Source: a virus (Duplodnaviria > Caudoviricetes). Taken from it: a stretch of DNA of 64,000 nucleotides. The DNA lies in IMG/VR virus record IMGVR_UViG_3300028797_000156, positions 1-64,000 of that record; one strand, written 5' to 3'. Position numbers and translations under genes: made by a program. The first letter of the stretch is position 1. Each line of letters starts with the position of its first letter. Positions 29,573 through 39,869 of the stretch are shown piece after piece. The notes beneath the pieces were generated by a model that searched no databases, was not told where the DNA came from, and was given only the letters and a program-made list of their open reading frames with translations.

Positions 29573-30096
29573 AATATCTCTCCTCTTACACCTATTTGTT
29601 GACGGATGATTATTTCTCTCATTCGTATGAGATAAAATACCATTCTGAAAATGTTTTCAACTGCTTCGCTGGCTGTGATAACAAAGTATGAATCGGCTGT
29701 TAATGTCTCTTCAACCTCACTGAAATTGATATTTTGATTATTGTCATAAAATGGTACGAATAACATGCCTGCTGATGTACCGGTGAATGTTTCATCATAC
29801 AAATTATACAACAACGTCAACTTCAAATGTCGATCGAATTCAACGTCTAATCCAAATCTTGTTTTTGGATCTCTGCCTGGTACTTTGAATTTGAACACAA
29901 CGTGGTGTTCATCAAACTCATGCCATTTTTCCAACTTTGGCAATTCGGTATTCAATATGTACTGAACTAAACGTATATCGGTACCAAATCCACCCGGAAA
30001 TATTTCTGGGTTCTTTATCGAGTTTATACCTAATGTACCGTGCTTTGTATGTATCAGATTCAAATCACCAATTCTTGGTGGCATTGGATCAACCAT
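29569..30096 (-). CDS. Hypothetical protein
   Basis: GGAGG RBS; overlaps neighbours in an operon. Confidence 0.65.
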   Translation of the reverse strand: MVDPMPPRIGDLNLIHTKHGTLGINSIKNPEIFPGGFGTDIRLVQYILNTELPKLEKWHEFDEHHVVFKFKVPGRDPKTRFGLDVEFDRHLKLTLLYNLYDETFTGTSAGMLFVPFYDNNQNINFSEVEETLTADSYFVITASEAVENIFRMVFYLIRMREIIIRQQIGVRGEIL

Positions 30097-30976
30097 TTTT
30101 ATTCCTCCTCAATGATAGATATATTTTTCCATCATTACGATCGTTGTATAACTTTCTAATGAGCTTTATTAACTGATCACATGGACGGTCTGGTTCTAAA
30201 TCATCGGCAAAATTAAGTACCAATGATTCTGATACATTAGTAATATTTCCGTCTTTACCGAAATCCACAAACCAACGATACATTCGTTGATCTTTGATAT
30301 ATTTCCCATTCCTTAGAATCCATATATTCATTCTGGATTCATCGGAGAATATAAACACTTTCAGATCCTCGTAAACACCCCATGTATCTGGTACTTGCGT
30401 TCCCGGTTTCAGCGTATGCCATCTGACTAAGAATCGGAAATCAATTGTTTCAAAGCCCTCTTCATTTCTGATGAACGCTGGGTTTGGCATATTCTTTCCG
30501 GATTTTGTTAATCCAAATTTATGAATCATTTGATAAATCTGGTCAAAATCACACATATGCTTTTCCTTGTCCAACTTCTCTTGCCGTTTTCTGTCATACT
30601 CTTCCCATGTAATGAAACGTTTTGTTTCAAAATCAAATGGGGTTAATAGTTCAACGTTTCGGAAATCCATATATGTTCTCTGATTACCTGGATCATTATG
30701 TATAACCACGGAGAAATCATCATACCATACTTCAATACGCGGTCTTTCATTTATATCCACTGATTGATCCGCATATGGATCATGGAATGACACTATATTG
30801 TCTGAATATGGTATTCCAAAATTGATATACTTTATCGGCATATCATCAATGGTGATTTCCGGATAATCATATTCATCAATAGGTGTGCACTCACCTTTTA
30901 GAAACCAGCACTGCTGATGAGTCATATCAATCATCAGCGTGCCGTATTTTGCAAATACTCTTCTCTTTTCACTCAT
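30089..30976 (-). CDS. Hypothetical protein
   Basis: Start moved to 30976 (RBS GAGG); paralog of 28090-28869. Confidence 0.65.
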   Translation of the reverse strand: MSEKRRVFAKYGTLMIDMTHQQCWFLKGECTPIDEYDYPEITIDDMPIKYINFGIPYSDNIVSFHDPYADQSVDINERPRIEVWYDDFSVVIHNDPGNQRTYMDFRNVELLTPFDFETKRFITWEEYDRKRQEKLDKEKHMCDFDQIYQMIHKFGLTKSGKNMPNPAFIRNEEGFETIDFRFLVRWHTLKPGTQVPDTWGVYEDLKVFIFSDESRMNIWILRNGKYIKDQRMYRWFVDFGKDGNITNVSESLVLNFADDLEPDRPCDQLIKLIRKLYNDRNDGKIYLSLRRNKNG

Positions 30977-31904
30977 TATTTTCTTCCTCGTTCTCGATCT
31001 GTTCACCTAATAACATGTAGCATACCTTAAAGATATTATATAAACTTGGATGCTGCTTGATGATCTGCCAACATTCAAGGTTGATTTTATCATCCGGCTC
31101 ATCCTCAAAATATAAATTTCCTTCATCATTAAATGAGAATTTTGCCCAACCTACTAAGTGTGAACCTAATTCATCAAGATTCTGATTTGGAATGTCTTTG
31201 AAGATCGAAATAAACAGATAACTGTCTGTTCGCTTAATTTTTATCGCATCATCAGTATCTTTGCCCAAATAGTATATAGCCTGGTTTGGGTCTTTAAAGA
31301 CCACGGTGCCCCATGGAATGAACTCTCTGTGTTCTGCCGCTAATACATATGGCAGTACAGTTCTTGCTAATCCATTTTTACCGCGAGCTTTAAATTTCGC
31401 TAAACCGGTTAATTCAACTCCGGATGTACTGGTATACTCATAATCCGCCAGATCAGATAATGTCGTGCATTCTTCTGCTAAAGCACGAACCATCTCCACA
31501 TAATATACTAATTCCGGGAGATTTGGATCCAGCTGATACAGTCTCAGTGATACATGCACTGGGCATTTTTGATGTTTCTGAATCCATTCAGCCGACTTAA
31601 GAATATTATCTCGTTCTCTCTCTTCATAGATCTTCAGAATATCTGCAGATTTTTCAAAGTATTTTTCTAAATACTCTAAAGAATTGGCTAATTCTACCAA
31701 TCTTTTTATATCTTTTGGATTAGATTCGTTTATCAAATTATTAATGCAATCGATTCCCGTTTTCTTAGATACATTAACTTCTTCTTCATCTAGGACTAAG
31801 CTGATGCCATCATTCAGTCTGGTGATTACAGCATCAAGAAGATTGTTCATTCTTTCCTTTTCGTTCTCATTAAATGGTACGATCGATAACATGATCAACG
31901 CCAT
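30969..31904 (-). CDS. Hypothetical protein
   Basis: ORF track; N-terminal half homologous to 31895-32398. Confidence 0.65.
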   Translation of the reverse strand: MALIMLSIVPFNENEKERMNNLLDAVITRLNDGISLVLDEEEVNVSKKTGIDCINNLINESNPKDIKRLVELANSLEYLEKYFEKSADILKIYEERERDNILKSAEWIQKHQKCPVHVSLRLYQLDPNLPELVYYVEMVRALAEECTTLSDLADYEYTSTSGVELTGLAKFKARGKNGLARTVLPYVLAAEHREFIPWGTVVFKDPNQAIYYLGKDTDDAIKIKRTDSYLFISIFKDIPNQNLDELGSHLVGWAKFSFNDEGNLYFEDEPDDKINLECWQIIKQHPSLYNIFKVCYMLLGEQIENEEENNE

Positions 31905-32398
31905 CCTTTCATTATTCCTAATTCCTCAATTTCTTTTTTGATTACTTCAAAATCGAAATATTCTTCATCATTCAGTGAATTTATAATATAATCATATAAA
32001 GCAATTCCCGACATGTCCAACTCATAGACACATCGGGTTGCTTCGATTATATGTTCCGGGTATTCTTCTTTAAAAAGCATCCACCCGGCGGTCAATAATG
32101 CATTTGCCTTTGATTCATCTTTAATGGACATCTTGGTTATTATATCCATTCTTTTAATGGCATTTCTACAATCATTCAGTGCCATTTTGTAATTCTTCGA
32201 ATATTTTATCGATTTTTTCATTTTATTTATTGCCTTACAGGCTTCCTGTTTGGCTTTATTAAAATTAGCACGTAATGTATAGACATTACATTCCAATCGA
32301 GAGGTTTCAAGATTGGATATAATGCGACGCATTATCTGTTCCAAAAACTTTTGTTCTTTGTCATTCAAAACCGACATTGAAACCAGTTTCATTTCCAT
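31895..32398 (-). CDS. Hypothetical protein
   Basis: ORF track; GGAGG-type RBS. Confidence 0.65.
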   Translation of the reverse strand: MEMKLVSMSVLNDKEQKFLEQIMRRIISNLETSRLECNVYTLRANFNKAKQEACKAINKMKKSIKYSKNYKMALNDCRNAIKRMDIITKMSIKDESKANALLTAGWMLFKEEYPEHIIEATRCVYELDMSGIALYDYIINSLNDEEYFDFEVIKKEIEELGIMKGWR

Positions 32399-32833
32399 TT
32401 ATTCCATCCTCTCTAAAAGCTTGATGCAAATAGCTCTACTGAATGATTTGAACATTGGAAGTATTATCTTTTTGACAACACTCACCAAATATGTATCGTC
32501 TGTCAATACTCTGCTAATACCATAGATGTTAGTGATATTGAAGTTTAATCTATACATAATAATTGGTGTTTCATATTCCCCAGCATAGAATGTTATTTCC
32601 ATAGGAATATGATTCAGTGGGTTAGTATATTTTACCCTCATCTTCAGATGCATTGCAACGCATTCCTTATCCAACATTTCGATGTGCTTCTTTTCGAATA
32701 ATATCTGAGGGATAATGATAGTATATCCCTCAGTACATTCTTCATCCATCGGATAATCTTTTTCCAGATGGAAATCTCTTTGTCTTTTGCAAAGAGTGTA
32801 AACCGTCCTGTCAAATAACTGATTACCTGTCAT
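32399..32833 (-). CDS. Hypothetical protein
   Basis: Start moved to 32833 behind GGGGT. Confidence 0.6.
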   Translation of the reverse strand: MTGNQLFDRTVYTLCKRQRDFHLEKDYPMDEECTEGYTIIIPQILFEKKHIEMLDKECVAMHLKMRVKYTNPLNHIPMEITFYAGEYETPIIMYRLNFNITNIYGISRVLTDDTYLVSVVKKIILPMFKSFSRAICIKLLERME

Positions 32834-32834
32834 A

Positions 32835-34034
32835 TCAGTTACCCCACTCCTCTGGGTGCTCAACTGCATATTTCATGAAATCAATCCATTTACCCTGACT
32901 CCATCCTTCTACAGTTTCATATGCCTTCTTATCGTATCCCTTAAACAACAAGCCTTTCTTATATGGGTCATTACCAAAGTTTTTCATTACCCATGCAGCG
33001 AAGAACTTTCTGCGTTCTTTCGGGTCTAAGATACTTTTCATTCCGAAAAGATCCACATCGAAAACATTGAGATCTCCGTCGCATCTTTCAGCAAATTCCT
33101 TCAGTTTATCAACATACTTATGAAGCTTCATAACTCCATTAGTATGTTCTGGGAAGTATGAGAGAAATTCACCATCCTCATTTGAAGCTACAACCTCAGC
33201 TAACCTGTCGAGGTTGATACCAGCACCCTTATAGTAATGCCTTGTCAAATATTCAACTGTTTTCATCTTCACTCTATTGAAGTTCTTGTCAAATACAACG
33301 ATGCCTTCATGATCATCGCCGTCCATTTCTTCGACGATTTTCTTGAAAGAGTCGAAACCTGATGTGTCGAATTTCTGTGGGAGCTTAATATCGAAATCTT
33401 TCATCAGATTCTGCGGAAGATATGTCTCAGGATTTCTGACTTCCTGTAAGGTTGGCATATCTCTAGCTGATAATAAGTAAAGACCTGGTTCATCATATTT
33501 GATTATCACCGTAGTTTTTGGCGATACAAGTTCAAATGTGTAGCACATTGTCTTATGTACTCCATATTTGTCAAATGATGATAAAGGTAATATTGACTCA
33601 AAGATCTCACCGAATGAAATCTTTTCAGTTGTCAAATTACCATCTGCATCAAAAACGTTTACATTTGCATCGTAAGCATCAATGGTACCATTTGATGCCA
33701 GTCTCCACTGGCCATCATACCAGTAAACAGACATTAGTGAACCATCGATCTTCTCATTTGCTGATGCAGAATCCCAATCGATATCTGCTGCAAGGGATTC
33801 TCCCTGGTTGAAGAATTTGTAGAATGCTAATCTAAGAACCTTCCAAGTTCCCTCTTCGAGGATAATTCCTCGTGATTCACATACGATCGGTTCGTGAAAA
33901 TCACTTTCCACCTGATCGTACTTGAATAATACTCTTGTATCCTTATGCTTAATTTTTAAGCAATAAGGCTTCTGAGTAAGGATTTCCTCATAATCATTAG
34001 GATGTTCATTCAGAAATTTCTGCAGTTCTAACAT
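32835..34034 (-). CDS. T4 Rnl1-like RNA ligase
   Basis: ESRGIIL, AFYKFFN, motif I EKIDGS, FEL, motif IV EGIVV, motif V RVKMK. Confidence 0.85.
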   Translation of the reverse strand: MLELQKFLNEHPNDYEEILTQKPYCLKIKHKDTRVLFKYDQVESDFHEPIVCESRGIILEEGTWKVLRLAFYKFFNQGESLAADIDWDSASANEKIDGSLMSVYWYDGQWRLASNGTIDAYDANVNVFDADGNLTTEKISFGEIFESILPLSSFDKYGVHKTMCYTFELVSPKTTVIIKYDEPGLYLLSARDMPTLQEVRNPETYLPQNLMKDFDIKLPQKFDTSGFDSFKKIVEEMDGDDHEGIVVFDKNFNRVKMKTVEYLTRHYYKGAGINLDRLAEVVASNEDGEFLSYFPEHTNGVMKLHKYVDKLKEFAERCDGDLNVFDVDLFGMKSILDPKERRKFFAAWVMKNFGNDPYKKGLLFKGYDKKAYETVEGWSQGKWIDFMKYAVEHPEEWGN

Positions 34035-34335
34035 TTTCCTTTTCCTCCTTTAGTTTTTCTTCTATGATAATTCTTGTTGGTGTTTTCATCACTTCATGTC
34101 CATGTTTGCGTAATACCGCATTAAATGCGGCATGCATAAGATCTATCTCGCATTCTTCATAATAGTCTTCAAGAAGATTCTCCTGAGGAATACCGGTGAG
34201 ATCAGACAAGTCTTTTGATATAGCATTTATTAACGTTATCAATGTATTAACTATATCATCAGCTACCATCGGGCTGGTAGCAATTGCACTCCCGTCAGAC
34301 ATAAAAACCACATGACCGTGAGCTGTTTCTATCAT
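34006..34335 (-). CDS. Hypothetical protein
   Basis: Start moved to 34335 behind AAGGAG. Confidence 0.6.
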   Translation of the reverse strand: MIETAHGHVVFMSDGSAIATSPMVADDIVNTLITLINAISKDLSDLTGIPQENLLEDYYEECEIDLMHAAFNAVLRKHGHEVMKTPTRIIIEEKLKEEKENVRTAEISE

Positions 34336-34940
34336 TCTTTTTTCTCCTTTTTGCATCTATACCGAGCATAGTATATTTGACCATTATCTTTTACAATTGA
34401 CATGTATCTATCATACATTCTATACATCATATCCCATACACAAGATATAGTTTCCTGTGCAGTTTCATCTGTTATAACTGCTCGAGAATTCATGTAATCC
34501 AATAATGGTCGATCATCTGATAATTCCGAATTGATTCTTTTAACCGAGGTAATCATACCTCGGTTATTGAATCTTAACATTAAACATGCAACGGGATAAC
34601 AGATACCGGAAGCCCAGTCATCTGTTTCCCAAATAAGGATATACATCGTGTTTTTATAAATACGAAGATTCTCATCTCCAGTTATATATTTTATATCACT
34701 TCTGATTATTTCTGACTCGGCTATGTATTTCCCATAATATATTTCAATATCATTATGGGATCTGAGAAATTTATCATCATAATCCTTTTCATTGAAATAA
34801 TGTTTTATGAAGAACTTAGAAGCCATATTTTTCCGATCAGGAGTAACATAAAATGAGTATTTTCCAGCTGGCAGTTTGCTACAAATGCTCATGATTTTGC
34901 CAACCAGATAATCGAAATCGTTTGTCATTTTTATGTCCAT
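34332..34940 (-). CDS. Hypothetical protein
   Basis: ORF track; likely start 34940 or 34928. Confidence 0.6.
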   Translation of the reverse strand: MDIKMTNDFDYLVGKIMSICSKLPAGKYSFYVTPDRKNMASKFFIKHYFNEKDYDDKFLRSHNDIEIYYGKYIAESEIIRSDIKYITGDENLRIYKNTMYILIWETDDWASGICYPVACLMLRFNNRGMITSVKRINSELSDDRPLLDYMNSRAVITDETAQETISCVWDMMYRMYDRYMSIVKDNGQIYYARYRCKKEKKE

Positions 34941-36181
34941 CCGAATAATCTCCGTGATGGTTTTGTTGGGTAAGCTCCCCAGCATGATTCCTTAAGAAGA
35001 TCATCCCAGATTAAATCTGATGATGTTCTGAAGAATCTGTATTTAACTCCCGACTCATCAATGTATTTTGTGACCCTTTCTATCAGATCATGATAATATT
35101 GATCATCTGCAAAATCTTTCAATGATGTTGAATGATTAGCGCTTAAGCTTGTCTTGATCGTGATTACTCCATTATATTCATCTTCTTCACTCTTAAGCAG
35201 ATTATTTTCTTTATCAAAGACGAATATGAACTGGACTAAGTCGGTTAATAAATGGCTTTGATCATTTTCCTTTATTAAAGTCAATGTGACCACATTGGTC
35301 TTTTCATGGCTTTCTTCAATTAGTCTATAATATGAATAGACCCTTTCAGTGCCTTTGTAAGGACGATCAGCTCTATAAGTAATGCAACCGCCAGCCCTAA
35401 TCATGAGACTGAGGAGCTTCGATTTATCATCTTTATAGATTTTGAATGTTGGCTGTTCCTTTTCGTGTGTCAGCTCTTCAGCTAACAACTTTTTGTTGAT
35501 GTCAGCAGCTTCGAATATGTCGACATTTTCACCAGTTTTTGTTCTATACATAGTCTGCCAAGCCATTAATGTTCTGAACAAATCTTGTTCATATACTTCA
35601 GCTTTAAAAATATCATACACACCTCTAGTATTAAGATCGGCGAAATGCTCAGTCTTAAGTGAGACATATTTATGTGTTGATATCTCAAATATTCTACTTT
35701 CAATGGATTCAATAAAGAATCTGATGCCTCTAAGTCCTCTATTAAAATCCTCAACGGTAGCTTCATTTAAAAAGCACAAACTTGTCGGATTTCCAACTTC
35801 CGATGGACTCATGATCTTATTACGAACAAGCATTAGATTTTCATTATCATCGAATTTTATTCTATACTCATTAAACATAATGAAGCATGATTCAACTTCG
35901 TCTCTATGCTTTCTGAGCCATCTAAACTCTAATTCACAACCAGGATGTGTTTGATCAGCACCCTGGAAGTGACCGATTATTTTGTAATCGTGCTTTCTAG
36001 TTCTGATAACTCGCTGGAATTCTATTCTATTTATCACATCATCATGGTATGATATTTTGAATACATTATTTTCTTCAACATCTTCCCATTTTCGGATGAA
36101 TCCGAGGACACCGATTACGTATTCAGCGTCTGACTGATCTTCTGGGAATCTTCTTCCTGGTTTACCGATATCTTTAATCAT
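34931..36181 (-). CDS. Hypothetical protein (416 aa)
   Basis: ORF track; GGAGG RBS. Confidence 0.65.
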   Translation of the reverse strand: MIKDIGKPGRRFPEDQSDAEYVIGVLGFIRKWEDVEENNVFKISYHDDVINRIEFQRVIRTRKHDYKIIGHFQGADQTHPGCELEFRWLRKHRDEVESCFIMFNEYRIKFDDNENLMLVRNKIMSPSEVGNPTSLCFLNEATVEDFNRGLRGIRFFIESIESRIFEISTHKYVSLKTEHFADLNTRGVYDIFKAEVYEQDLFRTLMAWQTMYRTKTGENVDIFEAADINKKLLAEELTHEKEQPTFKIYKDDKSKLLSLMIRAGGCITYRADRPYKGTERVYSYYRLIEESHEKTNVVTLTLIKENDQSHLLTDLVQFIFVFDKENNLLKSEEDEYNGVITIKTSLSANHSTSLKDFADDQYYHDLIERVTKYIDESGVKYRFFRTSSDLIWDDLLKESCWGAYPTKPSRRLFGWT

Positions 36182-36182
36182 A

Positions 36183-37202
36183 TCATTTATCCTCCGAATT
36201 TTTCTTAATTTCTCTAGTCATTTGATCTGAAATGCATAAATGCATTAAATCTAGATAATCTATTTTTCCCATGAAATAGCCACATGGGGAAATGATTACA
36301 TTTTTTAACTCAGTAACATTGGTATTCTCCAGAATGTATCTGTATCTACCCTGCCACTGCAATGGTGTTTTGATAGTTTTCACTTTCTTTGGGAAAGGTG
36401 ATCCATATCTCACTATCCAGTCCGAGCCATTTAACTTTATGCGTGGGAATATTTCAACCCCTCCATGATTGTTATAGCAGTACGACTTAGGGTACCACAC
36501 CAGCACGTAGTCTTTTTCTTTATGAGAATTCTCATATGGAACACAGTAGAATTCACTTCGCGCATCTCCTTTGAATAAGTTCATATGAATCTTAATCGTT
36601 GGAAGCTCATCATATTTGTCTGTGAACGCACATGCATAATTGGATATATCTTGCTTACGATCAAATTTATGGCATATGTGTATCTCATATGGGAGATAAC
36701 GACGATGCATAAATGGTGCCTTATTTTTCATTATTGCTCCTCTAGAGGTATATGCGAGCAACAGATTATTCCTAATTGGATCTCTATTATCCTTGAGATT
36801 AACTCTTACAAGTTCTTTAGAATTGTATTCTTGATGTGTCATTATAATGGCTTTATCGAATACCTGAAGCATCTGGATGATATGATCATATGCTTCAAAC
36901 ATATCGTAAAATATTTCTCCATCTGGATGACTCATAAAATCTTCCATATGACTAAAGGTATCTGGAATAAGCTCGACGGAAAGTTTTGAAAACTTTTGGA
37001 ATTTTTCTGATGCGACATACTGTATATTTACAAATAAACATATTACCGTTTTCACAGTAAAATTGTAATATGTATACATCACGTACTGTGTAGGATCAAA
37101 TACATCGATGTCAACATCAATGTCATATCTATCATCAGACCACTGATAATATGGTATGCTATATTTGAGACGATAGACTGGATTTGCTTTAATTTGTATC
37201 AT
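36183..37202 (-). CDS. Hypothetical protein
   Basis: Start moved to 37202 behind AGAGGAG. Confidence 0.6.
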   Translation of the reverse strand: MIQIKANPVYRLKYSIPYYQWSDDRYDIDVDIDVFDPTQYVMYTYYNFTVKTVICLFVNIQYVASEKFQKFSKLSVELIPDTFSHMEDFMSHPDGEIFYDMFEAYDHIIQMLQVFDKAIIMTHQEYNSKELVRVNLKDNRDPIRNNLLLAYTSRGAIMKNKAPFMHRRYLPYEIHICHKFDRKQDISNYACAFTDKYDELPTIKIHMNLFKGDARSEFYCVPYENSHKEKDYVLVWYPKSYCYNNHGGVEIFPRIKLNGSDWIVRYGSPFPKKVKTIKTPLQWQGRYRYILENTNVTELKNVIISPCGYFMGKIDYLDLMHLCISDQMTREIKKNSEDK

Positions 37203-37462
37203 AGTTTTTCTCCTCTTTTCTTTGCAGAATACCATTTCGCAATCATAGCTTTCCGCTTAAATAATCTTATTTCTGATCTAACTTTTACCTCGGATAAACC
37301 CATTTCTTTCCCGATTTGAACATAAGTCATCCTTTCGATAAATCTCAATTTCAGTATCTCCTTGAGTCGTTTACTAACTGCTTTTGAATTGAGATTATCA
37401 TCCGAAAAGTAGAAGTAGAAGAGATCAAGATCTTCCTTTTTTATCTGAGCTCCCCTGCTCAT
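37199..37462 (-). CDS. Helix-turn-helix protein, sigma-70 region-4-like
   Basis: ILKLRFIERMTYVQIGKEMGLSEVKVRSEI. Confidence 0.75.
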   Translation of the reverse strand: MSRGAQIKKEDLDLFYFYFSDDNLNSKAVSKRLKEILKLRFIERMTYVQIGKEMGLSEVKVRSEIRLFKRKAMIAKWYSAKKRGEKL

Positions 37463-37775
37463 TTTCTACCTCCTTTATTAATCGACTAACTGTTCCCTGA
37501 GATATATCAAGAACCCACGCGATTTTGCTCTGCTGGAATCCTCTCATGTGATATTTTCTCACTATCTCTTTTCTATCATCCAGATTAAAGATATCTGTGC
37601 ACTGTTCTGGATGAAAATAATTCCAACATACAATCAAGAAACCATCGTCAGTCTCCAGTGAGACTGAACGATATTTCTTATTCATTCTTATATTTGTGAC
37701 AGAGTTAAGGCCACAACCGGTTGTGGCCAAAACCTTTTTTCCTATTGTGAAGATGTCCATTACATTGTCCTCCAT
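37425..37775 (-). CDS. Protein with C-terminal helix-turn-helix
   Basis: RGFQQSKIAWVLDISQGTVSRLI. Confidence 0.75.
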   Translation of the reverse strand: MEDNVMDIFTIGKKVLATTGCGLNSVTNIRMNKKYRSVSLETDDGFLIVCWNYFHPEQCTDIFNLDDRKEIVRKYHMRGFQQSKIAWVLDISQGTVSRLIKEVENEQGSSDKKGRS

Positions 37776-38299
37776 AAACTGATTATCATCAGCTTATCAA
37801 GATCGGTGAAAGTCTTGACAGCTAATCTCTGGAGACGTTCATTGATGTACTGTTTTACCAGCACATTTTCAAATGTATACAACTCCATTCTCCATCTCTT
37901 GAGGACATCGAAATACATATCTTCAATTCTCTTGAGGTGGTCCATCTGCTTAACCTCATTTATTGCCAATTCAAAATATTTTGATGACTTTGCTAATACT
38001 CGAAGATTGACAATAATCGAGTTTTTACCAACTTCCTCAAGGGCTTGTCTATACTGGATCAGCTCAAGATTTTCAGTAAGACCGACTGGTGACACGCCGA
38101 TCTTATTCTTCCATCTCGGGCCAAGCTTATCCAGCATCGCATACACAATGAGTGGATAAAACACGTACTCAAAACTATTAGCAGTAAGCACGTTTATTGG
38201 ATACCCTTGAAGTTTAGGTACCTCAATTGTTACCCCTGGATACTTTTCTTCGAGCTGATAATACAGCTCCATATCAGGATTGTTTCCATACAATTCCAT
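37760..38299 (-). CDS. Hypothetical protein
   Basis: GGAGG RBS; ORF track. Confidence 0.6.
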   Translation of the reverse strand: MELYGNNPDMELYYQLEEKYPGVTIEVPKLQGYPINVLTANSFEYVFYPLIVYAMLDKLGPRWKNKIGVSPVGLTENLELIQYRQALEEVGKNSIIVNLRVLAKSSKYFELAINEVKQMDHLKRIEDMYFDVLKRWRMELYTFENVLVKQYINERLQRLAVKTFTDLDKLMIISLWRTM

Positions 38300-38324
38300 A
38301 TTTTCCTCCTTTTAATCTTATCAT

Positions 38325-39794
38325 TTATTTTTCAGGCTCACTTTTATCCTCATACTGAAGATTTGTGTTATAAGCCCAATGGAAATCAGTATATTTGATT
38401 CCCATCATTTCATTTGCTTCTTTTTCTTCAGGGAGCTGGTTATACCATTCTTCCCAGTCCGGTTGATCTTTTTCATCAAGTGAATTATACCAGTCATAAC
38501 CCTTCTGACGGGCATTAGAGTCTTCTTCTCCTCTTAATGCTATTTTCACCTGACTGTATTTTCTTCTGTCATAGCAATACACTATAGCATGTCCCATCTC
38601 ATGCCTTAAAACAACGCTGTATCGTTTTGCTATTTCTTCCGGATCAAAGTTAGTATAATTCAGCCAGTGTACATTTAATGAGTCTATATTAATATAAACT
38701 TCATTTCCCATGTCTCCATAATATGTGTTTGATACACTCATATGAAGACCGTCTGCCTGAACCGGGAACTTCTCAATGATTTCCGAGAATGTCCTGGTAT
38801 CACACAACTGATCATAATGCTTGTACTTTGCATGTACTAAACCAGCACTGTTTACGAAAATCAATTTGAGGTTTTTGATGTGTTGTTCGAGATCTGGGAA
38901 TCTCTCACAAACATCTTTCTTAATTTCCTCCCATTTTCCAAACAGAAGTTCAATTACTTTAATCAGATCCTTGAATCCTTCTGGAACCTTTTTACCATCA
39001 ATCTTTGGTAGCTGATCTACTGTCTCAATCCAACGTAAACTATTATAATGATTAAATAGCACATCCATGTGTTTTCTAGCCCATCCAAACTGTTCTTCCA
39101 GTGTTGGGTCACCGGCTTCTATTGGTTCATCATCCATATAACCCAGTAATTCGATGGATCGAGCTGACAGCTTATCCCTGTAATTTGGATCGCCAATCAG
39201 TTCACCAAATTTCTTTTCAAAATTGTGACAGTAACAAACTTTGTCAAAGACAACGTTTGTTGCTTCATCCGTGTACCTCCAACCATCAAACCTCTTTTCT
39301 TCTACTATTATAAATTCAAGAGCCTTTTTGAAGATTGGAGCTATATCCTCTGGCAATCTGTCCAGCATATATAGCTTATACAGAATCAGCATAGAAAATA
39401 TACGCAAGCATTCTAATTTTATGCTGAGACTTACTATATCGAATTCATACTGATATTTTGCTACAACAACACAAAAGGTTATGAATTCTGAATGTAGATA
39501 GAACTCGAAGTCCTGATATGTGTACTCATCTGATATAAACTCTTTAATATCGTCACATTTTTCATCTGGATGTGCTTTATTATAGAAATTAAGTATATTT
39601 CCATAATAAAGTGTCGGTGTACACATCAGTTTGGATATTCCCGCTGCATTTGTTATGTTTTTGAAAGATCCATCAATTGAGCCCTGAATATATCCATGAG
39701 CCCAGTTCTTATCAACGATCTTTCTTTTTTCTTTTTCTTCAACCTTTTCCTTTTCCTCTTCAACTTTCTTCTTCTTTGTAGTTTCTTTTGACAT
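38325..39794 (-). CDS. Putative zinc metallopeptidase-domain protein (489 aa)
   Basis: VVLRHEMGHAIV (HExxH) plus downstream EKEANE as a candidate third Zn ligand. Confidence 0.55.
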   Translation of the reverse strand: MSKETTKKKKVEEEKEKVEEKEKRKIVDKNWAHGYIQGSIDGSFKNITNAAGISKLMCTPTLYYGNILNFYNKAHPDEKCDDIKEFISDEYTYQDFEFYLHSEFITFCVVVAKYQYEFDIVSLSIKLECLRIFSMLILYKLYMLDRLPEDIAPIFKKALEFIIVEEKRFDGWRYTDEATNVVFDKVCYCHNFEKKFGELIGDPNYRDKLSARSIELLGYMDDEPIEAGDPTLEEQFGWARKHMDVLFNHYNSLRWIETVDQLPKIDGKKVPEGFKDLIKVIELLFGKWEEIKKDVCERFPDLEQHIKNLKLIFVNSAGLVHAKYKHYDQLCDTRTFSEIIEKFPVQADGLHMSVSNTYYGDMGNEVYINIDSLNVHWLNYTNFDPEEIAKRYSVVLRHEMGHAIVYCYDRRKYSQVKIALRGEEDSNARQKGYDWYNSLDEKDQPDWEEWYNQLPEEKEANEMMGIKYTDFHWAYNTNLQYEDKSEPEK

Positions 39795-39850
39795 TAATCT
39801 TACTCCTTTTCATTTATATTTTAAGAAAATATATTTTCTCTCATCTAAAT

Positions 39851-39869
39851 AATAATATACATACGAAAA
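39851..39869 (-). promoter_or_regulatory. Putative early promoter
   Basis: TTTTCGTATGTATATTATT upstream of 39794. Confidence 0.7.
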
